DNA from: Verrucomicrobiia bacterium
GTDB lineage: Bacteria > Verrucomicrobiota > Verrucomicrobiia > Limisphaerales > UBA1319
Direction of reading: 5' to 3'
Length of the DNA stretch: 64,000 nt
NCBI GenBank assembly: GCA_963664225.1
Contig: OY760937.1
Location: 448,001-512,000 of the forward strand
The first letter of the stretch is position 1, and each line of letters opens with the position of its first letter. Shown piece after piece: positions 29,305 to 39,952 of this stretch. The translations under genes and the position numbers were made by a program. The notes below the pieces were generated by a model that did no database searches, was not told the DNA's origin, and saw only the letters and a list, made by a program, of their open reading frames with translations.

Positions 29305-30059
29305 TTTGTCTTTGGAGATTCAGGAGGTTTGGGAGTCACTGTCGGCTTGGGTGTGACCGTTGGCATGGGCGCCTCGCGCGTTGTAGGCCTGGATGGGTTC
29401 AGAGTGCGTCCGCCCGGCGGCGCCAGCGCCGGTGTGGCCGCGCCCGGTTTGGCGGTGGTGTCCGGCTTTTTGACCAGCGCCGTGGCATCGGCTTTGCTGG
29501 GCCGGCTTCTTTGATAACTGGCCACCAGCGTGATGGTCCCTTGCAGGCGCATTTGAGAGGGATCCGGTCGCAGGTTCATGCTGCGCACGCGGATCATCGA
29601 GTTGGTCGAAGCCAGCGAAACAAGAAATTCAACCAGCTCTTTTTCCCCGGTCACAACATTGATCAGACGGGCCTTTTCCTCGAAGAACGCGTTCGTTCGT
29701 GTGCTGGTCGTGGTCTGCACCTCGGAGTTGGCGGTGATGGTGACCCCGCTCTGAACGGCCTGGTTTTGAATGGAGCGAATCAGGTCCAGCGATTGTTCGG
29801 ATGGCGCCACCGCGCTTCCCTGGCCTTCCAGCTCTTTAAGGCGCTTTTGATATTCCGCAATCTTGGCGGGCTGAGTCTCGCGTTCGAACAGGGCGAGCGT
29901 CGTTTTTGCCTTGTCCAGATCCGCGTCCGCCTTGCTCCAGTCGTGCCGGTGCGGCAGGACGAACCAGACGTTGATCACCACAAAGAACACCACCGCCACC
30001 GCCACAACCAGGCGGCGCTCCTGCGGACGCAAATTAAGTCGTTCCAAGGGCCCGGTCAT
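29301..30059 (-). CDS. GspM/PilO-like inner-membrane platform protein
   Basis: LRPQERRL followed by one TM helix, coiled coil and ferredoxin-like fold; position between gspL-like and gspD. Confidence 0.65.
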   Translation of the reverse strand: MTGPLERLNLRPQERRLVVAVAVVFFVVINVWFVLPHRHDWSKADADLDKAKTTLALFERETQPAKIAEYQKRLKELEGQGSAVAPSEQSLDLIRSIQNQAVQSGVTITANSEVQTTTSTRTNAFFEEKARLINVVTGEKELVEFLVSLASTNSMIRVRSMNLRPDPSQMRLQGTITLVASYQRSRPSKADATALVKKPDTTAKPGAATPALAPPGGRTLNPSRPTTREAPMPTVTPKPTVTPKPPESPKTK

Positions 30060-31459
30060 TCAATATCCTTGCGGTTGAGTTCGCAGGTAAAATTCCAGGC
30101 TTGGATCCCGCCCACCCCGGCGCGGCTGGTCGTGTTGTAGGGCTGGACCTTGCTGAACAGCAACTGGCCGTTGGTTCCATCCGTCTGGTAATGGCTCATC
30201 GCTTGATTGTACTCGATGATCTGGTTGACCTGATCCGCCGGCGCCATGCCATTGATGGTCAGCGTTTTGCCTTGAAACAACGAAAGATCCGTCAGGGTCA
30301 AATCCTGCGGCAGCAATGTCGCCGCCGCCTTCCAGCAATCCAGGGCCGCGAATTTCAAATTAACCTGGTCCTGCAACACCTGGAGACGCGCCTTAAGCTG
30401 CATGGAATTGGTGTATTGGTCGCTCAGGGCGGTCACCTTGGTCTCCACCCGGTAGGTTTTGAAATGAATCCATTGGACCGCCACGAAACAAACGGCAAGG
30501 AACAGCATGTACAATCCCACAATCGCCCCCAATCCCCGCATCCACAAACGATCGACGAATTGCTGCCGGTAACGCACCGCAAATTCAGGCGGCACCAGGC
30601 TGGCCGACATCTCCGATATGGCCAGACGTTGCGCGTTTGCGGCCGCCAGTTCGGAAGCCGCCAAAGGCGCCTGCAAATCAACCCTCACCCCCAGCGCTTC
30701 CGCCAGCGCCGGTTCCCACACCGACACCGTCTCGGGACCGCCCACCAGCACGATGCGATGAACCCCCTGGCACCATCCCTCCATTTCCCCGGCCCATGCG
30801 ATTTGGGTCAGCTCTTCAAGAAAGACCTTCTTCCATTCCGGTCCCGCGGAAATTCTCAGCAAATTCACATTGCGCAGGAATCCCTTTTGCCACCACGCGG
30901 ACAGGCAATATTCCTTGACGCCTTCAGTCAATGGACACAGCCAGAGACCGTCCCCCTCGAACGGCTGGGCCTGCAACTGCCGCAGCGCCGGCAATTCGAG
31001 CCGGTCCGCCATATAGCCCTGTCCCTCCAGTCCGCCCAGGAATTCCTCCACCGCGTTCCGCGCCGCAATCAGCACGATCACGGTCTGTTCGCCCGGTTCC
31101 GGAGAAGGAACGGCCTCGGCGCTCCAGACAATCTGGGCCACCGGCAGGGGGGAGAGCTTTTCCAATTGCAGCTCGACCATCGCCAGCGCCTCGGAAAATT
31201 CCTTCGCGGGAAGCTGGACGACGCGCAAAAAGACCTGGTCGATGGGCAGCCAGGCCACATTCACCTTGGGCTGCCACAGGCATTGCCAGTTTTTGCCCGC
31301 CACTTCCGGGGGCAGGCGCTGGCCGGCGGGAACATCCTGTGCCGGGCCTGGACGCACCTCCGAACCGCTGAAGCCAAACTGCCATAGCCGCAGTTTCTCC
31401 GCGCCCGTCTGCAGCACGTTGCATGTATGGATGCGGGTTGTCTTTACTTTTTGACCCAT
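30056..31459 (-). CDS. GspL / PilM-PilN-like protein
   Basis: Cytoplasmic domain (FLRVVQLP...LEKLSPLP), single TM helix, periplasmic PilN-like region; operon context. Confidence 0.6.
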   Translation of the reverse strand: MGQKVKTTRIHTCNVLQTGAEKLRLWQFGFSGSEVRPGPAQDVPAGQRLPPEVAGKNWQCLWQPKVNVAWLPIDQVFLRVVQLPAKEFSEALAMVELQLEKLSPLPVAQIVWSAEAVPSPEPGEQTVIVLIAARNAVEEFLGGLEGQGYMADRLELPALRQLQAQPFEGDGLWLCPLTEGVKEYCLSAWWQKGFLRNVNLLRISAGPEWKKVFLEELTQIAWAGEMEGWCQGVHRIVLVGGPETVSVWEPALAEALGVRVDLQAPLAASELAAANAQRLAISEMSASLVPPEFAVRYRQQFVDRLWMRGLGAIVGLYMLFLAVCFVAVQWIHFKTYRVETKVTALSDQYTNSMQLKARLQVLQDQVNLKFAALDCWKAAATLLPQDLTLTDLSLFQGKTLTINGMAPADQVNQIIEYNQAMSHYQTDGTNGQLLFSKVQPYNTTSRAGVGGIQAWNFTCELNRKDIE

Positions 31460-33192
31460 ATTCCCGCCTTCGTATCAGCCACCAATCCCATATGCTCTTC
31501 GATTTGGGTTACCCGGAGCACTTCCTCAATCGTTGTTTTTGCTTCCCGCACCTTCACCCATCCGTCCGAGCGCAAAGGCCGCATGCCTTGCTCGACCGCC
31601 TTATTGGCAATGGTCGATGCGGGAGCGCGGCTCAAAATCAACGGCCGGATGGTTTCATTAATGAGCAGCAATTCGTAAATACCCATGCGGCCCTGATAGC
31701 CCAATTGACGGCAGTTTTCGCAGCCCTTGCCGTTGTAAAACTTCGCGGTTTCAATCTCCTCTTCCGGATAACCGATGCGCATCAGGTAATCGCGGTCCAC
31801 CTTTTGCTCGGTCTTGCAGAACGGACAAATCGTGCGCACCAGTCGTTGGGCCATGACCGCTTCCACCGAGGAGGCCACCAAAAACGGTTCGATTCCCATG
31901 TCGATCAACCGGGTGAACGCGCTCGGCGCGTCGTTGGTATGCAACGTGCTGAAGACCAGGTGACCCGTCAGGGCGGCGCGAATGGCGATTTCCGCCGTCT
32001 CCAAATCGCGAATTTCACCGACCATGATCACATTTGGGTCCTGCCGCAATATATGGCGCAGCCCCATGGCGAAGGTCAGTCCGATATCGGCCCGCACCGC
32101 AATCTGGTTGATGCCCTTAAGCTCATACTCCACCGGTTCCTCAATCGTGATGATCCGCTTGTGCACGGAATTGATCGTGCTCAAGAACGCATAGAGGGAG
32201 GTGGACTTGCCCGAGCCGGTCGGCCCCGTCACAAGGAAAATACCGTGGGGTTTGACAATGATCTCGCGGATGGCGTTTTCGTCCCTGGGCGCGAAACCCA
32301 ATTTGTCGAGGCTCAGGAAAATCTTGCCGCGCGTCAGCAACCGCAGGGAAACGCTCTCACCATACACCGTCGGAACCGTCGAAACGCGGATGTCGATTTC
32401 CTCCCCCTTGATTCGCACATTGATGCGCCCGTCCTGCGGCAGACGCTTCTCGGAGATGTCCATGCCAGACATGACCTTGATTCGGGATATAAGAGCCGCC
32501 TGGAAGCGCTTCAACTGGGGCGGCATCGGGGTCTGGTGCAGGATGCCGTCAATGCGGTAACGAATGCGCAATTCATCTTCCGCCGGTTCGAAATGAATAT
32601 CCGTCGCCCGGTCCTTGAAGGCCTCCCAGATGATCTGATTGACAAACTTGATGACGCTGGCTTCCTGGTCGCCCTCGGTGATTTCCTTGTCCTCGCCCAC
32701 CATCAACTCGAGCGGTTCGTCCTCGGCCATCTCATCGAGCGTTTCGGCGCCCACGCCGTAATACTTTTTTAACGCCTTCTCAATTTCCGCCTGCGGCGCG
32801 AGCGCAAATTGAACCGGGCTTTGGGCGTCGAACTGCACCGCCGTCAGCAATGCCGTATTAAATGGATTGCACACCGCGATTTGCAGCGTGTCATTCTCAA
32901 ATTGTGTCGGCAGGGCGTTGTATTGAAAAGCGACTTTGGTTGAGATTTTTTGGCGCACTTCAGGGGCAACCGTCAGTTTGGGAAGGTCCAGATAGGGCCA
33001 GTGCAGCGCCTCGGCCAGCTTCTGAAGCATTTGCTCCTCCCCGATGCCCCGTTCACGACAGAGAAAAGCCAGTTGAGACTCGACCGAACCGCTCTCCACC
33101 GCCACCCTCCAAGCTTTCATCCACTCGTCGAATTGGACACTGGTGACCAATCCCGCGCTCTCAAAAACCGACTTGATAGATGCAAAAGCCAT
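31444..33192 (-). CDS. gspE: GspE/PulE family secretion ATPase
   Basis: ATDIHFEP, LPQDGR, GPTGSGKST, LRQDPNVIMVGEIRD, TGHLVFSTLHTN, two CxxC motifs. Confidence 0.95.
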   Translation of the reverse strand: MAFASIKSVFESAGLVTSVQFDEWMKAWRVAVESGSVESQLAFLCRERGIGEEQMLQKLAEALHWPYLDLPKLTVAPEVRQKISTKVAFQYNALPTQFENDTLQIAVCNPFNTALLTAVQFDAQSPVQFALAPQAEIEKALKKYYGVGAETLDEMAEDEPLELMVGEDKEITEGDQEASVIKFVNQIIWEAFKDRATDIHFEPAEDELRIRYRIDGILHQTPMPPQLKRFQAALISRIKVMSGMDISEKRLPQDGRINVRIKGEEIDIRVSTVPTVYGESVSLRLLTRGKIFLSLDKLGFAPRDENAIREIIVKPHGIFLVTGPTGSGKSTSLYAFLSTINSVHKRIITIEEPVEYELKGINQIAVRADIGLTFAMGLRHILRQDPNVIMVGEIRDLETAEIAIRAALTGHLVFSTLHTNDAPSAFTRLIDMGIEPFLVASSVEAVMAQRLVRTICPFCKTEQKVDRDYLMRIGYPEEEIETAKFYNGKGCENCRQLGYQGRMGIYELLLINETIRPLILSRAPASTIANKAVEQGMRPLRSDGWVKVREAKTTIEEVLRVTQIEEHMGLVADTKAGIWVKK

Positions 33193-33379
33193 TTTTCGTT
33201 ATTCGTTTAGAACAGCAGAGGCTAAAAAAAGTTGCGTTCAGGGTCAAAGAAATAGGGAAACTATTCCAAGGATCGATTTTATCCACGCCGCCTGACTGTG
33301 CCATAAAGTCTCATTTGCGGTGTCTGAACAGCGATGAACAGTGCGCCAATCCATTTCGAGATTCGTCCAGAAACTGTTT

Positions 33380-34615
33380 TTATGATGGTTTCGGATGAGT
33401 TTGGGTGGTGAGGCACGATTCCAATGCCCTGATGAATTCGGGAGTCAGGGCTTTCTTTTCGAATTGCCCGGCCAGCGCGGAATTCCTCAAATCCGGGAGC
33501 GTTTCCGGTTTGGCCTGCAGACCCTCGATAAGGCTCTGAACTTTTGCGATATCCCCGTGGAGCGCGCAGCGAATATTACCCCGATTTGGATATTCCTGCT
33601 TCAGATCGCTCACATGGCTGGGTTGCGGCCCGATATAGAGCACCGGGGTGCCAACGGCCAGAATATTGTAAATCTTGCACGGGTGAACAATCCCGATAAA
33701 CGGATTCCCCATGACAACCACCTGCAAATCGGCGGCGGAGAGAGACGCCGACAGGGCGTTCAAAGGTTGGTAGGGCAGACACAAAATGTTCTCCAGTTGA
33801 TGCGTTTGAGCGAATTTTTCGACTTTTGGATATTCGCTACCCCCACCAACAAAGCAGAACATGATTCCTGGATTCTCCCGGAGCCGCAATGCCGCTTGCA
33901 GCAGCGTGTCGAGCGGATGGCATGGGCTGTGATTTCCCGAATACATCACCACAAATTTTCCATCCAGTCCGTGTTCGCGTCGGAACCGGCCGCGTCCCTC
34001 CGGGTCAAATCGCACCCAATCCTCGTAGGCCCAAGGGGGGATCACCGTGATTTTTTTCGAGGGAATGCCCTTGGTTTGAATCAAATGACTCATGAACCGG
34101 TCCAACGCAATGATCCGTTCCGCAGAGCGAAAACTGTATCGGGACATCCATTCCAGTGTCCGGCCCGCCATGGACCCGGGCCGCAGCCATTGAGCCGCGA
34201 TCGCCTCGTCCGGGTTCAAATCCATCACCCAGTAGCAAAACCGGCATCCGCGCACACGGGCGAAAATCGCCGCCAGAAATGAAATCAGGGGAGGGGAGCT
34301 TAACGCCAGCACGACATCCGGCTTTTTCTCGCAGAGCAATTGAAAGCAGCAACTCATCGCAAACGATGCAAAATCCACCGCGCGACGCCATTTCGATTTC
34401 TTCCCAAAGCGCGTGGATGGCACGCGCCGGATGCCGATCCCGTTCCATTCTTCGCGCAATGGGAAGACCCTGTCCGGCGTGTCATACCCGCGCCGTCCGC
34501 AAATCACCCGCACGGAATGCCCGCGCTGCTTCAATTCCAGCGCCAGCGATGTCAGGTGCTGCGCCGTCGAGACCACATCCGGATGAAAAGTTTGATTGAG
34601 CAGCAATATATTCAT
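33380..34615 (-). CDS. Glycosyltransferase family 4 (WcaI-like)
   Basis: NILLLNQTFHPD, WVMDLNPD, MYSGN, PCKIYNILAVG; start placed at ATG 34615. Confidence 0.87.
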   Translation of the reverse strand: MNILLLNQTFHPDVVSTAQHLTSLALELKQRGHSVRVICGRRGYDTPDRVFPLREEWNGIGIRRVPSTRFGKKSKWRRAVDFASFAMSCCFQLLCEKKPDVVLALSSPPLISFLAAIFARVRGCRFCYWVMDLNPDEAIAAQWLRPGSMAGRTLEWMSRYSFRSAERIIALDRFMSHLIQTKGIPSKKITVIPPWAYEDWVRFDPEGRGRFRREHGLDGKFVVMYSGNHSPCHPLDTLLQAALRLRENPGIMFCFVGGGSEYPKVEKFAQTHQLENILCLPYQPLNALSASLSAADLQVVVMGNPFIGIVHPCKIYNILAVGTPVLYIGPQPSHVSDLKQEYPNRGNIRCALHGDIAKVQSLIEGLQAKPETLPDLRNSALAGQFEKKALTPEFIRALESCLTTQTHPKPS

Positions 34616-34839
34616 GGCCATTTGCACCGCCTGTTTCGTGCGGTCCAAACTTCATCCATTTTGGAGGCGCCTCCGCGCAAGGCAAGCCTGGTTGTCTTCA
34701 ATTCTTGCACCCCTTTCAATCGGACGGTTCGTTGACAAACAATCACTCATGAACAAGTTTAAACGCAGCACAGGTCGTTTGCGTTCCGGTTACAGCCCCG
34801 GATGGGCGGCCTGGCACTTGACCAAGGAGCGATGGCTTT

Positions 34840-35622
34840 ATGAAATTAATGGTTCTCTCTATTGTTGCGGGGACGGTGTTCACGGCAAATGGCGTTCCTG
34901 CGCAAAGCATCCTGTTCGATTTTGAAAATGCCACTCAATACACCCCTTTCCCCATCAGCCTGACTGTGGGCGGCCTGACAGCGCAGTTTTCCGGCACAGG
35001 CGGTGGGTATTCCATCCAGGCGGCCAACACCATGGGCTTCACCCCAGCGGGTTTCTCCGGCCTCTGCATTTATCCCGCCGGTATTAATCTCGCCGATCTC
35101 AAGATTTCCTTCTCCAAAACGCTAAGCGCATTCTCCATCCTGTACGCCCCCCAGGAACTGGCGTGTGATTCCTCTGCGCGCATGAGGGTGACCGCCTATG
35201 GGAATGACACCCTGGTGGGAACCAACACCATGGTGGCCGATCCCCCGGGCACATGGCCCACAGCCACACTTGCCATACAATCCCCGCAAGGCTTTAACAA
35301 CGTGGTGGTCCATTACGATGCGCCGCCACCCACCGGCGGCGACTACGGCACCATCTTCATGGCGGACAACATGAACGTGACAGTCCTCCGCGCTCCCTTC
35401 ATTGCCGGCGTCCTGCCTGCCGTATCCAACATGATCTTGAGCGGCACCAACGGCCTGCCGGGCGCCGGTTTTCATGTTCTCAGTTCCACCAATGTGGCGC
35501 TGCCGCGTTCCCAATGGACACCCCTGGCGACCAATCAATATGATCTGAATGGAAATTTTTCCTGCCCTGTTCCAATGAATGCAGACACCGCGCCGCATTT
35601 CTATTTCTTGCAGGAACCCTGA
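34840..35622 (+). CDS. Secreted hypothetical protein with C-terminal beta-rich domain
   Basis: Signal peptide; C-terminus LSGTNG...VLSSTN...W...HFYFLQ. Confidence 0.65.
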   Translation: MKLMVLSIVAGTVFTANGVPAQSILFDFENATQYTPFPISLTVGGLTAQFSGTGGGYSIQAANTMGFTPAGFSGLCIYPAGINLADLKISFSKTLSAFSILYAPQELACDSSARMRVTAYGNDTLVGTNTMVADPPGTWPTATLAIQSPQGFNNVVVHYDAPPPTGGDYGTIFMADNMNVTVLRAPFIAGVLPAVSNMILSGTNGLPGAGFHVLSSTNVALPRSQWTPLATNQYDLNGNFSCPVPMNADTAPHFYFLQEP

Positions 35623-35665
35623 ATCAGGGAGCCGGTTGACAGACTGCGCCGGGTTCCAGAATGAA

Positions 35666-36790
35666 TCAAAAGTTCACGCGCAACGCGACGGACCCAAAGG
35701 AATCGGTTTGCGGCTGGCCCACGTATTCCTTGGTTCTCAAAGTATGCGTATAGACCAATTCCGCGCATTTGAAGGGGATGGCCGCGCCGAATTTGAGATC
35801 GCCCACCAATGGGTATTTGGTCACATGATGGCTGTCCTGAAAAATATTGCCGTCCAGAAAAGTGTTGAAGCCCACAGCCCGGCCCTCGACCCCGCCAAAA
35901 AAGTAAAATCCAAAACAATGCCCTGAACCATCCTGTGGCATTCCTCCGCTCAACGGCACAATCGTATCGATGGTATTCACTCCAAAGCCCCCTGGAATAT
36001 GCCAGCCGGCGCGCACCTGGCCTCCCGCCGCTCCGTAGGTGCCCACATTCCCCAGACTCGCGCCCGCATAAGGCAGAACCTGGGCCTCCCATCCACGCGC
36101 CTGGCCCGTGGAAAGCTGCCAGCACCGCTCATACTGCAAGGCGATGCCCGGCTCGGTCTTTAACTGATTCCTCCAGCCTTGCGCCTCAGGGAGATTCCGC
36201 ATGCGATGCACCGTGTTCTGGGCCTCTTCCGCCAGGGATGCCGCCCCGATGACACCGACCACCGCCTGCCAATGATCCATCTGCGCCAGATGCCCGGTTA
36301 AAAAGGTCCGCCTCTGTATGAAAAAAGAGGTGTACAGAAATCCCGCGTAGGGGCGGTCATTCTCCAGTAATGCAGAGGTCGAAGTGTCGGACGGCGTGTA
36401 AATATTCTGGCCCAGCGAAACCCCCCAGCGCACCGCCTCGGGCTCAAATCCAGTTTCCGGAAGCCAACGGCCCGTCTCTGCGACACAGCCCGCATCGTCT
36501 TGCGGTTGCTCGGAGGCCATGTAAGTGATTCTGAGACCCTGCGTATAATGCCGGTCCGTGTGAACAACCGTGTCGTTTTCTTCCACCAGCATGACCGAAG
36601 GCCTGGCCAGACCATCCTCAGCCAGTGATTTCAAGCCGAACGAAGCAAGGCACGCCAACGCAAAGCAAATATTGCGCGTTGGTTTATAAGCTGGAAAAAT
36701 TCCGCCGCCCAGTCCCAACCGATCCCCGCGATATTCCAAGCCACTCCACATATGGAGTGGCCATAAACCACATTCTCCGCATTTAGGCAA
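35666..36790 (-). CDS. Lipid A 3-O-deacylase LpxR (DUF2219) family outer-membrane protein
   Basis: EEND...DRHYTQG, GQNIYTP, DRPYAG, QNTVH, GWRNQL, FLDGN, terminal Phe; true start probably downstream of 36790. Confidence 0.8.
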   Translation of the reverse strand: MPKCGECGLWPLHMWSGLEYRGDRLGLGGGIFPAYKPTRNICFALACLASFGLKSLAEDGLARPSVMLVEENDTVVHTDRHYTQGLRITYMASEQPQDDAGCVAETGRWLPETGFEPEAVRWGVSLGQNIYTPSDTSTSALLENDRPYAGFLYTSFFIQRRTFLTGHLAQMDHWQAVVGVIGAASLAEEAQNTVHRMRNLPEAQGWRNQLKTEPGIALQYERCWQLSTGQARGWEAQVLPYAGASLGNVGTYGAAGGQVRAGWHIPGGFGVNTIDTIVPLSGGMPQDGSGHCFGFYFFGGVEGRAVGFNTFLDGNIFQDSHHVTKYPLVGDLKFGAAIPFKCAELVYTHTLRTKEYVGQPQTDSFGSVALRVNF

Positions 36791-36846
36791 GTCGCCATTG
36801 GCGATTTCTCAAGCCTTGCGAACCCTTGATTAAGTCAAAAAAGGCT

Positions 36847-37599
36847 CTAAAAACTGAAAATCGTGGTATTCGTCCGCCAGGACATTTCCGTGGCCCAGAG
36901 GTTGATGGGCGTGAAGGATTTGCCGAATTTCAACATCCGCGTGCTGCCATCGACAAAGGCGTAATTCGAGCCGCCGCTCCGCGTGTGGACTCCGCCCGCA
37001 TGCCGGCTTTGCTCGACTTCGGTCACATCGTTGCCAATCGCTCCTTCGAGGAAATCCATGAAATACTGGCCGGAATTATGTTCCTTCTCGCCAAACAGGA
37101 CGGTTTCCACAGGCTGCCGAATGCCCGTTTCACGAATTCCTTCCGGGTAAACCCCCGCCATGTATTTGTTTTTAAATGAGTCGGCATCCAAAGCGGAGTT
37201 AAAATAATCGTTCCATCCGTTATAAATATAACTGCGCGGCGCGGAATCCGCCGGATTATTAACCGGATCGGTTCCCGAGGTCTTCGGATCTCCCGGACCA
37301 TCGCTCGCGCAACGCAAGGTCCTCAGGTCATTGATTTTCACGAGAATCGCCGTCGGCCAGCGCTTTGTGGATGAGCGCGGCATGAACATCCCATTGTTGT
37401 CGTCACAATAAATGCGCGCGGCCAGGCCCAGTTGGCGCATGTTGTTCACACACGATATCCGCCGCCCCGCCTCTTTGGCGCGAGCCAGCGATGGCAATAA
37501 CATCCCCGCAAGAATCGCGATGATGGCAATGACCACCAGCAATTCGATCAAAGTAAAAGCGTTCCGATGGGGGACTAAGCGGGTGCGGGGCGTTCTCAT
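36847..37599 (-). CDS. Prepilin-type N-terminal cleavage/methylation protein (DUF1559 / H-X9-DG type)
   Basis: [34 protein letters not shown]...SNYAFVDG; start placed at ATG 37599. Confidence 0.9.
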   Translation of the reverse strand: MRTPRTRLVPHRNAFTLIELLVVIAIIAILAGMLLPSLARAKEAGRRISCVNNMRQLGLAARIYCDDNNGMFMPRSSTKRWPTAILVKINDLRTLRCASDGPGDPKTSGTDPVNNPADSAPRSYIYNGWNDYFNSALDADSFKNKYMAGVYPEGIRETGIRQPVETVLFGEKEHNSGQYFMDFLEGAIGNDVTEVEQSRHAGGVHTRSGGSNYAFVDGSTRMLKFGKSFTPINLWATEMSWRTNTTIFSF

Positions 37600-37725
37600 G
37601 TCATCTAAAAGAATCATAATTCGTTCGTGCGCAATTACATGCGTTTCAATACGCAGCGAGCGATCTGACGAATTATCCTTCATAACCCTGAATATTTCCG
37701 CGCTGAATGCGTCAGAGATTTCAAG

Positions 37726-38178
37726 ATGACCAAAAAATCCAGCCTGTTAATCTCTGTGGCGGTTGCGCTTGCCGCGTGTTATCTTTACTACTTTACAGAC
37801 TGGATTAACCCTCCGGTTATTCAGATTCTTCCGCAGTTGCGTCCACCGCGCAATCCGGCGCGCACTCCCTCCTCGGTTTATCAAGTCAGTTTCAACCTCG
37901 ATGGAAAATACAAGCTTACTTCGGTGAAAGTGATCCCGATTCAGGCCCTTGAAACCAACAAAAACGCCGCGCCGATCTGGAACCTGACCACCAGCTCCAA
38001 CTCCCTTCCCCAAAAAGGATTCTTTTACGGCGTGCCCATTCCCGGCATGCGGCCGGCCATCACCAACGCGCGCCCCCAGCGTCTTGAACCCGAAATCGCA
38101 TATCGTCTTTTTGTGAAGGCCGGACGCGCAAAAGGGCAGGTGGACTTTAAAACCCACGCCTTACCCCTCGACCAGTGA
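37726..38178 (+). CDS. Hypothetical membrane-anchored protein
   Basis: N-terminal TM helix followed by a beta-rich domain; fills a gap with no competing gene. Confidence 0.6.
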   Translation: MTKKSSLLISVAVALAACYLYYFTDWINPPVIQILPQLRPPRNPARTPSSVYQVSFNLDGKYKLTSVKVIPIQALETNKNAAPIWNLTTSSNSLPQKGFFYGVPIPGMRPAITNARPQRLEPEIAYRLFVKAGRAKGQVDFKTHALPLDQ

Positions 38179-38427
38179 GGGTGGATGGCCGTGGGCAGGC
38201 TGGCATTAAGAATCGGCCTCTGGCTGGTGCCGCTTAACCTCGCTGTGCACCGGCAATAAACTCATCGCCTTAACACGCCGCCCGGGATGCGTCGCCGGGT
38301 CCGACTGCCCTTATTCCTGGAGGAGGAAAGGACGATCAGTTTTTAATCCGTGGAATCAGTGCAATCCGTGGTCGAATCCCATACAGATTGGATTTGGATT
38401 GAATTTTGTCAGTCTTGATGGTCCGCT

Positions 38428-38880
38428 TCAATCCGGCTCCACAACGGTGATTGGCGCATCCGTGACCCCGGCATAAAACACGAGAATTTCGGCGGGAACC
38501 TTTCCGTGGTTAATCCCATAGTGCGAAGTGTTCACCAGCTCGATGATGGGATCGCCTGCTTTGAGTTGAAGCGTTTTGCCATCCCTGGCCACGACCGTGA
38601 GTTCTCCGCTTAAGAGCATGCCTGCGTTGATCACCAGATGATGGTGCGTGTGGAGCTGGGCGCCCGCCGGGATGGTGATGCGCAGAATCGTAACCCTGGG
38701 CTGACCTTGTGGATACGCAGGCAACAACGCCCCATCCCAGCTTTGCGAACTCCGGGCAAGTTCCTTCACGACGATGGGCGCTTTGGCGGTCTCCTGTTTG
38801 ACTCGAACTGTTCCGCAACCGGTTTGAAGCAATAGAAAGATCGAAATTGCCGCCAGACCTCGAATGGTTTGTTTCATCAT
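38428..38880 (-). CDS. Cupin-domain lipoprotein
   Basis: Lipobox-like LQTGC; cupin motifs LHTHHH...G..LSGEL and LKAGD.IIE....HYG. Confidence 0.8.
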   Translation of the reverse strand: MMKQTIRGLAAISIFLLLQTGCGTVRVKQETAKAPIVVKELARSSQSWDGALLPAYPQGQPRVTILRITIPAGAQLHTHHHLVINAGMLLSGELTVVARDGKTLQLKAGDPIIELVNTSHYGINHGKVPAEILVFYAGVTDAPITVVEPD

Positions 38881-39055
38881 GGAATTGCCTTCGCTCAAGT
38901 CAGGTTATGCACCGGGCCGACACAGGACGCAATGCCGAACGTGCAGCTCGCTGAGTCACTAAGACACGGCCGAACTACCCAGTAAACCGCAACAACGGAA
39001 GTTATCCTGACCAGGCCGGTTGGCTTCAATGCTCGATCGTCAAGCATCGGTCATA

Positions 39056-39451
39056 TCAAACCTTTGTTCCATCAACGTATGGCCTCATTGGCTGCCAGAC
39101 ACGAAAGAGGAACACCCAAGTGAACACCAGGAGCGGTATCCAAATTCGCCGCACATAACGCCAATGCACTTCTGTCATCCGTGGTCGGTTGTCACGCGGA
39201 ATCCGATTGATGGCCTCCTGGTAAATCGGAGAACTCTCCAACTGGCTCTTGGGCACTCTTTCCTCCCGGTTGTCAACGCGAACCGCCACCATGTCGCGCT
39301 CCCAGAACAAGCTCACCCGGATGTCAGGATATGAAACGCCCGAATAAGGTTGATAGACTGGCCGCTGAAAGTACGAGGATAAAGCAAGCAAAGACAAAAT
39401 TGCGACAGCCGCGAAAATCCCTGACCTGATCACGATGTCGTTTCGTTTCAT
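39056..39451 (-). CDS. Hypothetical membrane protein
   Basis: Two hydrophobic segments; start at ATG 39451 avoids overlap with the upstream gene. Confidence 0.45.
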   Translation of the reverse strand: MKRNDIVIRSGIFAAVAILSLLALSSYFQRPVYQPYSGVSYPDIRVSLFWERDMVAVRVDNREERVPKSQLESSPIYQEAINRIPRDNRPRMTEVHWRYVRRIWIPLLVFTWVFLFRVWQPMRPYVDGTKV

Positions 39452-39488
39452 GGCACATTGAGCATGGCCAACCCAGTTTCTGGTGCTC

Positions 39489-39830
39489 TCATTCTGTGTG
39501 AAAGAAAAGTAAAAACTCCAGAACAAAGTAAATCGGGAGAAAAAGTACCTTTGCCAAAAACCAGCCTGCCCCGTTCCGTCCCTGCCAGATTGCCTGCAGT
39601 ACGAACGCAATGATGCCGCCCCAAAAGAACCAGGGCAGTAAATGGCCCAGCGATGTCGTAAACGGCGTCAGGTGATACTCATATGCCCGTTCCCCAGCAC
39701 CGTGAGGAATGCGAACACGCTCGGCGAAGCTTCGACCGTCGTAAATAATTCCCAGGACAATAGACGGCAGAAGCCAAAGAAGCCCACTCCAGTGCCGCAG
39801 AAGTGATTCGCGTGAAAATATTTTTATCAT
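39489..39830 (-). CDS. Hypothetical membrane protein
   Basis: 113 aa, three hydrophobic segments. Confidence 0.5.
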   Translation of the reverse strand: MIKIFSRESLLRHWSGLLWLLPSIVLGIIYDGRSFAERVRIPHGAGERAYEYHLTPFTTSLGHLLPWFFWGGIIAFVLQAIWQGRNGAGWFLAKVLFLPIYFVLEFLLFFHTE

Positions 39831-39952
39831 GGATTCGCCTATTAGCGCTCAATCTTAGCCCTGCCACCGCCCCAATAGCCGCGTCGAAATTGCCCCACAA
39901 CATTCGCTTCCAAGATTATTGCGTTTGGTTGGATCGGTCTAATATCCCACCT

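Noticed and set aside
38916..38928. 13-bp match GCCGACACAGGAC, inverted at 51335-51347, as ends of a large element
   Set aside because: Dozens of 13-mer matches are expected by chance in 64 kb, and the enclosed genes are housekeeping
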